Below, in pieces: positions 17,623 through 27,655 of a stretch of DNA of 64,000 nucleotides; the first letter of the stretch is position 1, and each line of letters starts with the position of its first letter. Position numbers and translations under genes: made by a program. The stretch is from an uncultured Chloroflexia bacterium (lineage in GTDB: Bacteria; Chloroflexota; Limnocylindria; Limnocylindrales; CSP1-4): contig CAVVJT010000010.1 in assembly GCA_963748625.1 (NCBI GenBank), forward strand, positions 1,056,001 to 1,120,000, read 5' to 3'. The notes under the pieces are model-generated. The model was not told where the DNA came from, did no database searches, and saw only the letters and a program-made list of their open reading frames with translations.

Positions 17623-18435
17623 CTAGCGGGCGTTGTCCGCGGTCGCCGCGAGGATGGCCTTCACCTCGAATGGCGAGATCCCGGGATGCGCCGCCCGGAT
17701 CAGGGCCGCGTACCCCGCGATGTGGGGCGCCGCGAAGCTGTTCCCCGTGACCACCATCCGGGTCCCCCCGCGCCATGCGACATCGACGTTGAGCCCGAAC
17801 GCCCCGAACTCCACGGGTGGCTGCGGGTTGTAGAGCCAGGCGTCGTGCGAGGCCATGTCATGAGCCGCCACCGACACGACCGACGAGAACAGCGACGGAT
17901 AGCTCGCGATCGCCACGTTGTTGGCCGCGGACACCAGGAGCAGGTTGCGGAAGTACGCCTCGTCGGCGAGCTCGTGGAGGACCGCGAAGAACGCGTCCGA
18001 CCGGGAGGAGAGCGACAGGTTCGCCACCGACGCCCCGGACGCCTCGATCGCCCACTGGATGCCTGTGGCGAACGCTCCCCCATTGCCCCGGTTGTCCGCA
18101 CCCAGGACCCGGATCGACACGATCTCCGCCTCAGGCGCGAGCGCGTGGATGATCCCTGCGCATGCCGTCCCATGACCGACGACGTCCACCGGAGCGGTCG
18201 GCACGACATCCCAGTCCTCGCCCCGCCGCTCCACGGCCACGGATTCCACCAGCCGGCCCCCCACGGCGGGATGAGCGGCCTCGACACCCGAGTCGATGAT
18301 CGCCACCCGTGCGCCGCGTCCACTGCCATCCCCGAAGGCCCACGCGCGGTCGATCCGGCCCCACGGCCCGTGCCGGCCGAGGGCCTCGCGGCGTCCGGCG
18401 CTGAACGGCTCGCTCCACGCGGGAAGGTCAGTCAC
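17623..18435 (-). CDS. S8 subtilase without signal peptide
   Basis: IIDSG, GHGTACAG and GNSFAAPH catalytic triad motifs. Confidence 0.92.
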   Translation of the reverse strand: MTDLPAWSEPFSAGRREALGRHGPWGRIDRAWAFGDGSGRGARVAIIDSGVEAAHPAVGGRLVESVAVERRGEDWDVVPTAPVDVVGHGTACAGIIHALAPEAEIVSIRVLGADNRGNGGAFATGIQWAIEASGASVANLSLSSRSDAFFAVLHELADEAYFRNLLLVSAANNVAIASYPSLFSSVVSVAAHDMASHDAWLYNPQPPVEFGAFGLNVDVAWRGGTRMVVTGNSFAAPHIAGYAALIRAAHPGISPFEVKAILAATADNAR

Positions 18436-19217
18436 CGGCGGAACGAGCGTGTCGCGGGCCGCGCCCCGCGCCGGGCGAGCGCGTCGAGGATGTCGATGAC
18501 CAGGGCGACCTGGTCCGGGGCGGCGGTGCGTGCCCGGGCGACGGCGTCCGCGAGCGCCCACAAGCGGGATCCCTCCTCGCCGTCGAGCGCTCCCGCAAGC
18601 TCCGCCACGGCCGCCTCGAGCGCTGCGGCGTCGGCATCCGGGTCGTCCGCCAGCTGGATCAGCGTCCGCCGCAGCAGCTCGGTCACGTCACGCTCCACGC
18701 GGCCGGCCCGGACGGCGACGGCAGCCTGGCGCGCGAACACCGACGCGACATCGAGCTCGCGGAGCCCGAAGCCCCCGTCGCCGCGGCGGTCGAGCACCTC
18801 GAGCACGCCGATGGAACCCGCGTCATCGAGGACGGGGACGGCCAGGATGGTGCGTGGGACGTAGCCCGTGCTCTCGGCCGTGGCCCGGTCGAACCGCGGA
18901 TCGGCCGTGACATCGCTCACCGCGAGCGGCTGGCCGGTGGTGAAGACGTAGCCCGCGATGCCCTCCGACGAGGCAAACGACAGGCCGACGGCCCCGGGAC
19001 CTGCCACGCCTGCGGCGACGCGGATGACCAGGCGATCGCTGGCGGGATCGTGGAGCGCGATCGACGCGGCCTCGGCGTCGAACAGCGTGACCGCCGCCTC
19101 CACCACCGAGGACAGCACGGCATCGCCTTGGGGCGGCTCAAGGCGGCCGACCGCGGCGGCCCGGGCCGCCACGGCCTCCATGGCGGCGACGATCGCCGGG
19201 TCACGCGGTGCGGTCAT
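18432..19217 (-). CDS. Stand-alone GAF-domain protein with helical C-terminus
   Basis: EGIAGYVFTTGQPL..DPRFD..TGYVPRTILAVP..GVLEVLDR. Confidence 0.88.
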   Translation of the reverse strand: MTAPRDPAIVAAMEAVAARAAAVGRLEPPQGDAVLSSVVEAAVTLFDAEAASIALHDPASDRLVIRVAAGVAGPGAVGLSFASSEGIAGYVFTTGQPLAVSDVTADPRFDRATAESTGYVPRTILAVPVLDDAGSIGVLEVLDRRGDGGFGLRELDVASVFARQAAVAVRAGRVERDVTELLRRTLIQLADDPDADAAALEAAVAELAGALDGEEGSRLWALADAVARARTAAPDQVALVIDILDALARRGARPATRSFRR

Positions 19218-19906
19218 CGGCCTGCCTCCAGGGTGAGCCGGCCCAGGTCCGGCACAACGAGACACTCGCGGTCGTAGCGGACCAGCCCCCGGGCGACGAA
19301 CTCCGCGAGGATCCGGTTGACCGACTCGCGCGAGCCGCCGACCATCCCGGCAAGCTCGGACTGGGTGTAACGGCGATCGAGCCGCGCACCGCCGTCCGCA
19401 TCCGCCGGGCCCGCGAGCGAGGCGATCTGCATAGCCAGGCGCTCGCGCATGTCGAGGAAGTGCATCGCCTCCACGTGACCCGTCAGCCGGCGCAGCTCGC
19501 GGGCGAGGGAGGCGACCAGCGCCCGCCAGAGGCCGGGCTCCCGCTCGAACAGGACCTCGAAGTCCACGCGTCCCAGGACCAGCGTCTCGACCGGCTCGAG
19601 CGTGATCACCGTGGCCGAGTGCGGCTCGCCATCGAGCATGGCCAGCTCGCCGAAGAAGTCCCCCGGCCCAAGCGTGGCCAGGATCGCCGGCTCGCCGGCG
19701 TCGGGCGAGGGCAGCACCACCTTGACCATCCCCGAGGCGATGACGAACAGTGCGTCGCCGGGGTCGCCCTGGTGGAAGATCGTCTGGTCACGCCGGAACC
19801 GGCGCAGGCGCATGCGCTCAACGCAGGCCGCAAGCGCGTCGTCACCCAGTCGCTCGAACAGCACGCACCGTGCAAGCGCGTCCCGTGCCAACCCCAAATC
19901 GACCAA
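19214..19906 (-). CDS. Crp/Fnr-family regulator
   Basis: IFHQGDPG, FFGELAMLDGEPHSAT, TQSELAGMVGGSRESVNR; TTG start after GGGGAG. Confidence 0.92.
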   Translation of the reverse strand: MVDLGLARDALARCVLFERLGDDALAACVERMRLRRFRRDQTIFHQGDPGDALFVIASGMVKVVLPSPDAGEPAILATLGPGDFFGELAMLDGEPHSATVITLEPVETLVLGRVDFEVLFEREPGLWRALVASLARELRRLTGHVEAMHFLDMRERLAMQIASLAGPADADGGARLDRRYTQSELAGMVGGSRESVNRILAEFVARGLVRYDRECLVVPDLGRLTLEAGR

Positions 19907-20069
19907 TCCGGTCTCCCCTGCGCGACAAGGCTGCCATCGTACCGATCCGCTCTCGTACACTCACGCCCAGTCCCGCTCCCCGGACCCGGTCCGGCGCATG
20001 CGCGGGACGCCCGAGGGATGGGGAGACGATGGACGACCGGCTGGCCACGATGTGGCGTCTGGAGATGGC

Positions 20070-21887
20070 GTGAGCACGGCTGCACCTCCGGCCAAGATCT
20101 CGTCGATGGCGGTGTTCCACCGGCGGGACTTCGTCCTGTTGTGGCTCGCTCAGCTGGTCTCCACCGCGGGGTCGGCGCTCACCGATCTCGCGGCCGGCAT
20201 CTTCGTCTACCAGATGACGGGCTCGGTGCTCGCGGTCGGCCTGACGCTCATGGCCACGGCGGTCCCGAGCCTGGTCGTGGGCCTCATCGCCGGTGTCTTC
20301 GTGGACCGCTACGACCGGCGCAAGGTCATGATCGCCAGCAACATCGGCCAGATGATCGTGGTCGCCACGATCCCGTTCATCATCGGCCCCACGCTCTGGC
20401 CGCTCTACGTCGCGATCCTGATCAATGCCGGCGTGAAGCAGTTCTTCGACCCGGCCTATGACGCGCTCATCCCGGACATCGCGTCCGACGAGGAACTGAC
20501 CGCCGCCAACGCGTTCCTCCAGATCGCCTCGTTCGGATCGACGGCCATCGGCTTCGCCGGCGCCGGCCTGCTGGCGTCGATCGACATCCGGCTCGCGTTC
20601 TTCATCGACGCACTCACCTTCGCGTTCTCGGCCCTCTGCATCTTCCTGATGAAGACCAAGGGCAGTGTCCCGGCACCCGAGGAGCCCACGTCGGTCGGGC
20701 TGGTCGTCCGGAACCTCAAGGAAGGCGTCAGGACGATCTTCCACACGCCGGTGATCCGCTCGCTGTTCCTGCTGGGCGCGCCAGTCTTCTTCTCCTTCGG
20801 CCTATGGAACGTCCTGCTCCTGCCGATGGCGATCGAGGTCCTCGGCGGCACCGAGTTCCAGTACGGGATCCAGGAGGGCCTCACCTCCATCGGCTTCGTC
20901 GCAGGCTCGCTGTTCATGGCCAAGTACGCCCCCAGGCTGCCCCTCGGCACGTGGATCTTCGTTGGCTCGGTGGGCATGGGCATCGCCGGGATCCTGTACG
21001 GCATGGCGACCAGCATCTGGGTGGGCATCATCTGGGTCACGCTGAGCGGGTTCTTCAACTCGCCCTCGGCCGTCGCCCGCTCGACGCTGCTCCAGCGCGC
21101 GACACCGCGCGAGATGCGCGGCCGCGTGTTCTCCGCGCTGTATGTCATGCGCGATGTGATCTTCCTGCTCGGCATGGCGGGCGCGGGCCTCGCGGAATAC
21201 CTCGATGTGCGGATGATGATCATCTTCGCCTCGGCGATCCTGGTGGTGGTGGGCCTGGTCGCCTTGGTCGCCCCCGGTATCGGCCGGCCGGCTGCCCAGT
21301 GGCGGCGCGGCCTCGTCGCGCTGCGGGCGTCGCGGGCAGGCGCCCTGGGCGAGGTCCGGCCGGCAACCATGGCGGACTTCGAGGTCCTCACCGGACGCCT
21401 CGCAACCTTCACCCGGCTCAGCCCGACCCAGCGGTCCGCATTCCTCAAGGACGCGATCGTCCGCGACGTGCCCGAGGGCGGCCGGATCGTGATGATCGGC
21501 GAGAAGGCGACCTCGGCGTACTTCATCCTCGAGGGCGAGGCTGTGGCCGGTGTGCCCGACGAGGCTGGCGGCTACCGAGTCCTGCGGACGATGCCCGCAG
21601 GCGACTTCTTCGGGGAGATCGCGGCGCTCACAGGGAGCCCCCGCACGGCGGATGTCGTGTCGGTCGTGCCGTCGTCCCTGCTGGAGGTGCCGGCCACGGC
21701 GCTGCGCGCCGTGATGGAGAACCCGGACGTCAACAAGCTCCTGCTCGACACGCTCAGCGAGCGCCTGAGCCGGACGAACTCCCCCGACCTGCCGCGGCTT
21801 GCCACGATGGACCAGGCGGCCCTGCGGGATCTGCGGACCGCGGCGCCCAGCGTCGAGCCGCTCCCGCGTGCCTATGACGCGGGCTAG
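20070..21887 (+). CDS. MFS transporter (DHA3/macrolide-efflux-like) fused to C-terminal cNMP-binding domain
   Basis: GVFVDRYDRRKVM MFS motif A, many TMs; GDFFGEIAALTGSPRTADV. Confidence 0.9.
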   Translation: MSTAAPPAKISSMAVFHRRDFVLLWLAQLVSTAGSALTDLAAGIFVYQMTGSVLAVGLTLMATAVPSLVVGLIAGVFVDRYDRRKVMIASNIGQMIVVATIPFIIGPTLWPLYVAILINAGVKQFFDPAYDALIPDIASDEELTAANAFLQIASFGSTAIGFAGAGLLASIDIRLAFFIDALTFAFSALCIFLMKTKGSVPAPEEPTSVGLVVRNLKEGVRTIFHTPVIRSLFLLGAPVFFSFGLWNVLLLPMAIEVLGGTEFQYGIQEGLTSIGFVAGSLFMAKYAPRLPLGTWIFVGSVGMGIAGILYGMATSIWVGIIWVTLSGFFNSPSAVARSTLLQRATPREMRGRVFSALYVMRDVIFLLGMAGAGLAEYLDVRMMIIFASAILVVVGLVALVAPGIGRPAAQWRRGLVALRASRAGALGEVRPATMADFEVLTGRLATFTRLSPTQRSAFLKDAIVRDVPEGGRIVMIGEKATSAYFILEGEAVAGVPDEAGGYRVLRTMPAGDFFGEIAALTGSPRTADVVSVVPSSLLEVPATALRAVMENPDVNKLLLDTLSERLSRTNSPDLPRLATMDQAALRDLRTAAPSVEPLPRAYDAG

Positions 21888-21893
21888 AGGAGG

Positions 21894-22563
21894 TCAGCCC
21901 CGCGGAACGGGCCGCATCGGGTAGACGCCCACCACCACGGGCGTCACCGGGTCGAGCGAGAGCTCGTAGCCCACGTCACCGCTGGCGAGCAGCTCGCCCA
22001 TGAGGCGGCCCTCCACCGGCGGCAGGCCGATGAACAGGGTGTGGGCGCCCACGCGGATCGGGGCGACCTCGTCGTCATCACCGACGATCCCGAACCGCCT
22101 GCGCAGCTCGTGCATGGGGATCCACGGCCGACTCTTGATGAAGCGGCGGAGCTGGGCGGTGGTGCAGGTCGGCCGGGACTCCGCTGCGGCGTCCGGCCGC
22201 TCGGCCTGCGCGGGACGGTCCGCGGGGCCGTCCGCGGGGCGGTCGCGGGCCGTCCGCGGGGCGGTCGATGGGGCGGCCTGACGCACGGTCCCCACGCTCC
22301 GGGGCGGCGCCCGCCGGCGACGGGGCGGCCGCCGGCGACGGTGCGGCCGGCCACGGCGCGGAGGTGACGGCAACCGGTGCCTGCACCGGCTCGTATGGGA
22401 TGACGCGTGCCGGCTGTTCCCCACCGAACGGTGCTCCGGGCAGCGACGCTCCGGTCATGCCCTCGGGCGGCGCATCGTTCGCGCCTGCCATCCCCTGGTC
22501 GCCGGCCGCGCCGGACTGCGGCCGCGGCCCATGGTGCCGGGGGTGCCGACTGCGCCTGCTCAT
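21894..22563 (-). CDS. Hypothetical protein: disordered N-terminus plus globular C-terminal domain; frameshift near 22250
   Basis: ORFs 22078..22563 and 21894..22424 join across a GACxGCCCCGCG repeat; TAQLRRFIKSRPWIPMHELRRRF. Confidence 0.6.
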
Positions 22564-22695
22564 CGGCGGGGGAAGCGCGAACGGGAGGTCCGCGCGGGGT
22601 GGAACGTCATCGTGAATCCCGTGGTGGATCGGCGGATTGTGCCTGGGCAGCGCCGATCGGCGGATGATACCCCTGCCACCCGGGGGGTGCCGCCG

Positions 22696-23865
22696 TCAGC
22701 CTCGGACGACCAGCAGGTCGCGCGGCACCTCGTTGAGCACCACTGGGCCGTCGTCACCACAGACAACGATGTCCTCGATCCGCGCCCCGTAGCGGCCCTC
22801 GAGGTAGATGCCGGGCTCCACGCTGAACGCCATGCCCTCGGCCATGCGCTCCCGGTTCCCGGCAACCATGTAGGGCTCCTCGTGCCCCTCCAGGCCGATG
22901 CCATGGCCCGTCCGGTGGAAGAACGCCTCGCCATACCCCGCATCGTCGATGAACGAGCGGGCCACCTGGTCCACGCGCTCGCAGGTGATGCCGGGCCGGA
23001 CGACGGCACTGGCCGCCGCCTGGGCGTGCTGGAGCACGCTGTAGAGGCGCAGGAACCCGGTGTCCGGGCCGGCCTCCGGATCGCCCCCGGTGACCCACAC
23101 GGTGCGGGTGATGTCCGAGCCGTAGCCGCCCAGCTGCCCGCCGATGTCGATCACGATCGGCTCACCCGCTGCGATCACGCGCTCGCCGGGGTCGTGGTGC
23201 GGCGAGGCGCTGTGGGGGCCGGACGCCACGATCCAGAACTCCGCGTGGTCATGGCCCTCGGCGACGAGGCGCTCGCGGACCTCGCGGGCGACGTCGGCTT
23301 CAGTGCGACCCACCAGCGGCCCGCCGGCGATCGCGAGGACCACCCGGTCGGCCGCCTGGGCTGCCGCCCGCAGCAGGGCGACCTCATCGGGGTCCTTGCG
23401 CATGCGCAGCGTCCGCAGCACCGTTGAGGCGACGGTAAACCGGGCAGCCGGCAGCACGCGCTGGAGCCCCAGGACGAATGCCGCGCGCATGCCGTCCGAG
23501 ACGGCGACAGCGCCCATGTCCCCTGCCGGCCGACCCACCGCCGCCTCCAGCAGCGAGGCCACCAGCAGCATCGGATCCTCGGTCTCCTCCCAGGTCGCAA
23601 CCGTCACGGCGCCGGCGACGGCTGCCGGGCATCCGCGCGCTGGCGCGGCCTCGAGCCTGGGGGCGACCAGCGTGACGGCCGTGGCGTCTCGCGCCGGGAC
23701 CACGAGGAGCGTCAGGCGCTCCAGGGGCGATGCCTCGTAACCGGACAGGTAGCGGAGGTCCGCGCCGACGCCAACCAGCAGCGCGTCCAGACCGGCCGCT
23801 GCGGCAGCCTGGCGGGCCGCGGCGAGCCGGGCCGCATAGCGCTCCTGCGGGATTCCGAGGGTCAT
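22696..23865 (-). CDS. Xaa-Pro aminopeptidase (M24)
   Basis: SDITRT, HRTGHGIG, FSVEPGIY and ARIED motifs. Confidence 0.92.
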   Translation of the reverse strand: MTLGIPQERYAARLAAARQAAAAAGLDALLVGVGADLRYLSGYEASPLERLTLLVVPARDATAVTLVAPRLEAAPARGCPAAVAGAVTVATWEETEDPMLLVASLLEAAVGRPAGDMGAVAVSDGMRAAFVLGLQRVLPAARFTVASTVLRTLRMRKDPDEVALLRAAAQAADRVVLAIAGGPLVGRTEADVAREVRERLVAEGHDHAEFWIVASGPHSASPHHDPGERVIAAGEPIVIDIGGQLGGYGSDITRTVWVTGGDPEAGPDTGFLRLYSVLQHAQAAASAVVRPGITCERVDQVARSFIDDAGYGEAFFHRTGHGIGLEGHEEPYMVAGNRERMAEGMAFSVEPGIYLEGRYGARIEDIVVCGDDGPVVLNEVPRDLLVVRG

Positions 23866-24257
23866 CGTGTCTCCTCCGTGGCAGGGACGAGGGTGGCGAT
23901 CCAGGCGCCGAGGTCACGGTCACCGTGCTCGAACAGCGCTCGATAGGCGAAGACCTGGGCGGCTCCGGCAGCCTTCGCAGCGCGACGGACCTCGATGTCG
24001 TCGTGCTGGCCGACCGCGATGACGGGCACGCCGGACGCTGCCGCCACGCCGAGCGCGGTCACGCCGTCGTAGGCCCGCGCCGTCAGGTCCACGATGCACC
24101 CGGCGGCCCCCTCGAGCGAGGCGAGGAGCGCGGCGGCCGAACGCACGGGCACGGGCACCCCACCCGTGCGCCGGACCGTATCGGCCAGGCGGGTGGCCCA
24201 GATCAGGTCGTCGGCCAGGATGGCGATCCGCGGAGCGGCGTCTGGCTCCGCCGTCAC
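23862..24257 (-). CDS. Atypical single-domain receiver-like protein
   Basis: ILADDL..IVDL..AAKAAGA fold pattern. Confidence 0.65.
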   Translation of the reverse strand: MTAEPDAAPRIAILADDLIWATRLADTVRRTGGVPVPVRSAAALLASLEGAAGCIVDLTARAYDGVTALGVAAASGVPVIAVGQHDDIEVRRAAKAAGAAQVFAYRALFEHGDRDLGAWIATLVPATEETR

Positions 24258-24754
24258 CCGAGCCCGGCGACGAGGTGGCGGAAGACGTCCGCCGCGGCCA
24301 CCACGCCGATGGGCTTGCCATCCTCCACGATCGGGATGTGGCGGAACCCGCCGACGGCCATCTTGTGGATCGCCACCGCGAGCGTGTCGTCGTGGCGCAG
24401 GACCACTGGGTCGGGGGTCATGAAGTCCTCCACCCGGTAGAGCTGGAGGCGCTTGTCGGCAGCCTTCACCACGGCGTCGCGGTCGGTGAAGATGCCCACC
24501 AGGTGGCCCTCCTCCACCACGAGCAGGCAGTCCGAGCCGTCCTCGTGCATGCGGCGGATGGCATCCGCGACGGGAAGGTCCCGTTCCACGGCCTTGGGCG
24601 ATCCGATCCCGAGCGCGTCGATGTGGTCACCCAGGAGGGCGTCGTTGTAGTCGATCGCCGAGCGGGTGGTATCCGAGGTGGCGAGGTCCGCGCCGCAGTT
24701 CTCGCAGGTGTCCTCGCCCTCGAAGTTGTCGGTGTGGCAGACGGGGCACAGCAT
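24254..24754 (-). CDS. Zinc-ribbon + CBS-pair protein
   Basis: CPVC..CENC; GIFTDRD; FMTPDP; GFRHIPIV. Confidence 0.88.
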   Translation of the reverse strand: MLCPVCHTDNFEGEDTCENCGADLATSDTTRSAIDYNDALLGDHIDALGIGSPKAVERDLPVADAIRRMHEDGSDCLLVVEEGHLVGIFTDRDAVVKAADKRLQLYRVEDFMTPDPVVLRHDDTLAVAIHKMAVGGFRHIPIVEDGKPIGVVAAADVFRHLVAGLG

Positions 24755-24758
24755 GTGT

Positions 24759-25790
24759 CTACTCCACCGTCCAGGTCTCGCCGGCCAGCAGGAGCTTCGC
24801 GAGGTCGCCCTCGCCATGCAGCTCCCGGGCCTGCTCGATCTGGGCGTCAACGAGGTCGTTGTGGGTGGGCCGCTGCACCTGGCGCAGGACGCCCACGGGG
24901 ACGGGGTACTCCGGCCAGAACATCCGCGAGAGGATCAGCGCGTAGTACGGGTCCTCGGCGTGCTGGTCATGGACCAGCAGGTCGTCCTCGGTGATCCCGT
25001 TCTCGCCGATCGTGACGACCTCCGGGTGGAGGCCGTTGAGGCGGATGCCCTTGTCGCGGTTCTTGCCGAAGACAAGCGGCTTGCCGTGCTCCAGGACCAG
25101 CATCCGGTCATCGCGGACATCACGCTCGGTGAACTCCCGCCACGCGCCGTCGTTGAAGATGTTGCAGTTCTGGAGGATCTCGACGAAGGCGGCGCCGCGG
25201 TGGTGGCCGGCGGCCTCGAGGGTGTGCTGCATGTGCTCGGTGTGGGTGTCCACGGTCCGGGCGACGAACGTGGCCTCTGCGGCGATCGCCATCGTCAGGG
25301 GCAGGATCGGCCGGTCCACGGAGCCCATAGGGGTGGACTTCGTCCGCTTGCCGAACTCCGAGGTGGGCGACGTCTGGCCCTTGGTGAGGCCATAGATCCG
25401 GTTGTTGTGCATGAGCATGGTGAAGTCCACGTTCCGGCGCATCGAGTGCAGGAAGTGGTTGCCACCGATGGACAGCGCGTCGCCGTCACCGGTGATCACC
25501 CAGACCATGAGGTCCGGCCGGGCCAGCTTGAGCCCGGTCGCGAGCGTGGGCGCGCGGCCGTGGATCGAGTGGAAGCCGTAGGTGTTCATGTAGTACGGCA
25601 GGCGCCCGGAGCAGCCGATGCCGGAGATGAAGACGATGTTCTCCTTCGGCACGCCGAAGTCGGGCATCACCTTCTGCGTCTGGGCCAGGATCGAGTAGTC
25701 CCCGCAGCCGGGGCACCACCGGACCTCCTGCTCCGCGACGAAGTCCTTGCGGGTCAGCTTGATGGGGGCGGTGTCGAGCGTCTCGGTCAT
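24759..25790 (-). CDS. korB: 2-oxoacid:ferredoxin oxidoreductase beta subunit
   Basis: WCPGCGD, GIGCS, GDGDALSIGGNH and YGLTKGQ motifs. Confidence 0.93.
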   Translation of the reverse strand: MTETLDTAPIKLTRKDFVAEQEVRWCPGCGDYSILAQTQKVMPDFGVPKENIVFISGIGCSGRLPYYMNTYGFHSIHGRAPTLATGLKLARPDLMVWVITGDGDALSIGGNHFLHSMRRNVDFTMLMHNNRIYGLTKGQTSPTSEFGKRTKSTPMGSVDRPILPLTMAIAAEATFVARTVDTHTEHMQHTLEAAGHHRGAAFVEILQNCNIFNDGAWREFTERDVRDDRMLVLEHGKPLVFGKNRDKGIRLNGLHPEVVTIGENGITEDDLLVHDQHAEDPYYALILSRMFWPEYPVPVGVLRQVQRPTHNDLVDAQIEQARELHGEGDLAKLLLAGETWTVE

Positions 25791-25795
25791 CGGTG

Positions 25796-27655
25796 TCAGC
25801 TCCGCTCGGCCAGGAGGCGGTTGGCCTCGTCGACGATCTCGGCGATCCGGAACGGCTTGCCCCGGACGCGCCCATAGCTGATGGCATCCACGAGGTACGT
25901 GCCGCGGAGCACGAACCACAGCTGGCCGAGGTTGAGCTCGGGGACCAGCACGGTCTTGTAGCTGCGGAGCACGTCGCCCGTGTTCTTCGGGAACGGGAAC
26001 AGGTGGCGCAGGTGCGCGTGGGCCACGGACTTGCCCTCGGCCTGGAGCCGCTCCGCCGCGCTGCGCAGCGCACCGTAGGTGGAACCCCAGCCCAGGATCA
26101 GCAGCTCGCCCCGCTCGGGCCCGAAGACCTCAAGGTCCGCGATGTCGTTGGCGATGCCTGCGACCTTGTCGCGGCGCAAGATCGACATCCTGTGGTGGTT
26201 CTCGGTGTCGTAGCTCACCGTTCCCAGGCCATCGAGCTTCTCGAGGCCACCGATGCGGTGCTCGAGGCCCGGGGTGCCCGGCACGGCCCACGGCCGGCTC
26301 AGGGTCTCCGGATCGCGCCCGTACGGGAGGAAGCGCCCCTCGCCCTTGACAGCGTTGGGGACGGAGATGTCCGGCAGCACATCGAGCGCCGGGACCTTCC
26401 ACGGCTCGGCGCCGTTGCCCACGAAGGCATCGGAGAGGTACATGACCGGGGTCATGTACTTGAGCGCGATGCGCGAGGCCTCGATCGCAAGCGTGAAGCA
26501 CTCGCCGGGCGTGGCCGGAGCCAGGACCGGCATCGGTGCCTCGCCATTCCGGCCGAAGATCGCCTGGAACAGGTCGGCCTGCTCCACCTTGGTCGGGAGA
26601 CCGGTGGACGGGCCTGCGCGCTGCACGTTGACGATGACCATCGGCAGCTCGGTCATGACCGCCAGGCCCATGGCCTCCGTCTTGAGCGCGACGCCCGGGC
26701 CGGACGTGCCGGTGAGGGCGAGCGCGCCGCCGTAGGCCGCACCGATCGTGGAGCCCATGGCCGCGATCTCGTCCTCAGCCTGGAACGTCCGCACGCCGAA
26801 CGACTTGTACGTCGCGAGGTACTGCAGGATGTCCGTGGCCGGCGTGATCGGGTAGGAGCCGTAGAACAGGTCGCGCTTGGCGCACTGCGCCGCGGCCAGG
26901 AAGCCGAGTGCGGTCGCCTCGTTGCCGGTGATGTTCCGGTAGGTCCCCGGGGCCAGCTTGGCCTTGGGCACCCGGTAGGTCTGGTGGAACATCTCCGTGG
27001 TCTCGCCGAAGGCGTAACCGGCCTTGAGGGCCCGCTTGTTCGCCTCCGCCACGACCGGCCGGCTGGAGAACTTCTGGTCGATCCACTCGACGGTGGGGAC
27101 CATCGAGCGCTCGTAGAGCCAGAACATCAGGCCCAGGGCGAAGAAGTTCTTCGTCAGGTCCACCTGCTTGCTGGTCATCTCCAGCCCCTCGAGCGCTGCC
27201 GCGTTGAGGGTGCTGATCGGCACCGGGAAGACCTTGTACTGCTTGAGCGAGTCGTCCATCAGGGGACTCGCCGCGTAGGCGGCCTTCGAGAGGTTGGCAG
27301 GCGTGAAGGCGTCGCTGTTGACGATGATCGCGCCGCCGGCCGGCAGGTCCGCGACGTTCGTCTTGAGCGCAGCCGGGTTCATGGCGACCAGCACGTCCGG
27401 CGCGTCACCCGGGGTGTGGATGTCCGACGCGGAGAAGCTGATCTGGAACCCCGAGACGCCGGGGAGCGAGCCCGCAGGGGCGCGGATCTCGGCCGGGTAG
27501 TCCGGGAAGGTGGAGATGTCGTTGCCGAAGACGGCCGCCGTCCGGGTGAACTGGGTTCCCGTGAGCTGCATGCCGTCGCCGGAGTCGCCGGCGAACCGGA
27601 TGGTGACGCGGTCGAGCTCCTGGACGGTGTGCTCGACACTCTCGGAGGTGGTCAT
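25796..27655 (-). CDS. korA: 2-oxoacid:ferredoxin oxidoreductase alpha subunit
   Basis: AGDSGDG, YPITP, QAEDE and QRAGPSTGLPT motifs. Confidence 0.93.
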   Translation of the reverse strand: MTTSESVEHTVQELDRVTIRFAGDSGDGMQLTGTQFTRTAAVFGNDISTFPDYPAEIRAPAGSLPGVSGFQISFSASDIHTPGDAPDVLVAMNPAALKTNVADLPAGGAIIVNSDAFTPANLSKAAYAASPLMDDSLKQYKVFPVPISTLNAAALEGLEMTSKQVDLTKNFFALGLMFWLYERSMVPTVEWIDQKFSSRPVVAEANKRALKAGYAFGETTEMFHQTYRVPKAKLAPGTYRNITGNEATALGFLAAAQCAKRDLFYGSYPITPATDILQYLATYKSFGVRTFQAEDEIAAMGSTIGAAYGGALALTGTSGPGVALKTEAMGLAVMTELPMVIVNVQRAGPSTGLPTKVEQADLFQAIFGRNGEAPMPVLAPATPGECFTLAIEASRIALKYMTPVMYLSDAFVGNGAEPWKVPALDVLPDISVPNAVKGEGRFLPYGRDPETLSRPWAVPGTPGLEHRIGGLEKLDGLGTVSYDTENHHRMSILRRDKVAGIANDIADLEVFGPERGELLILGWGSTYGALRSAAERLQAEGKSVAHAHLRHLFPFPKNTGDVLRSYKTVLVPELNLGQLWFVLRGTYLVDAISYGRVRGKPFRIAEIVDEANRLLAERS

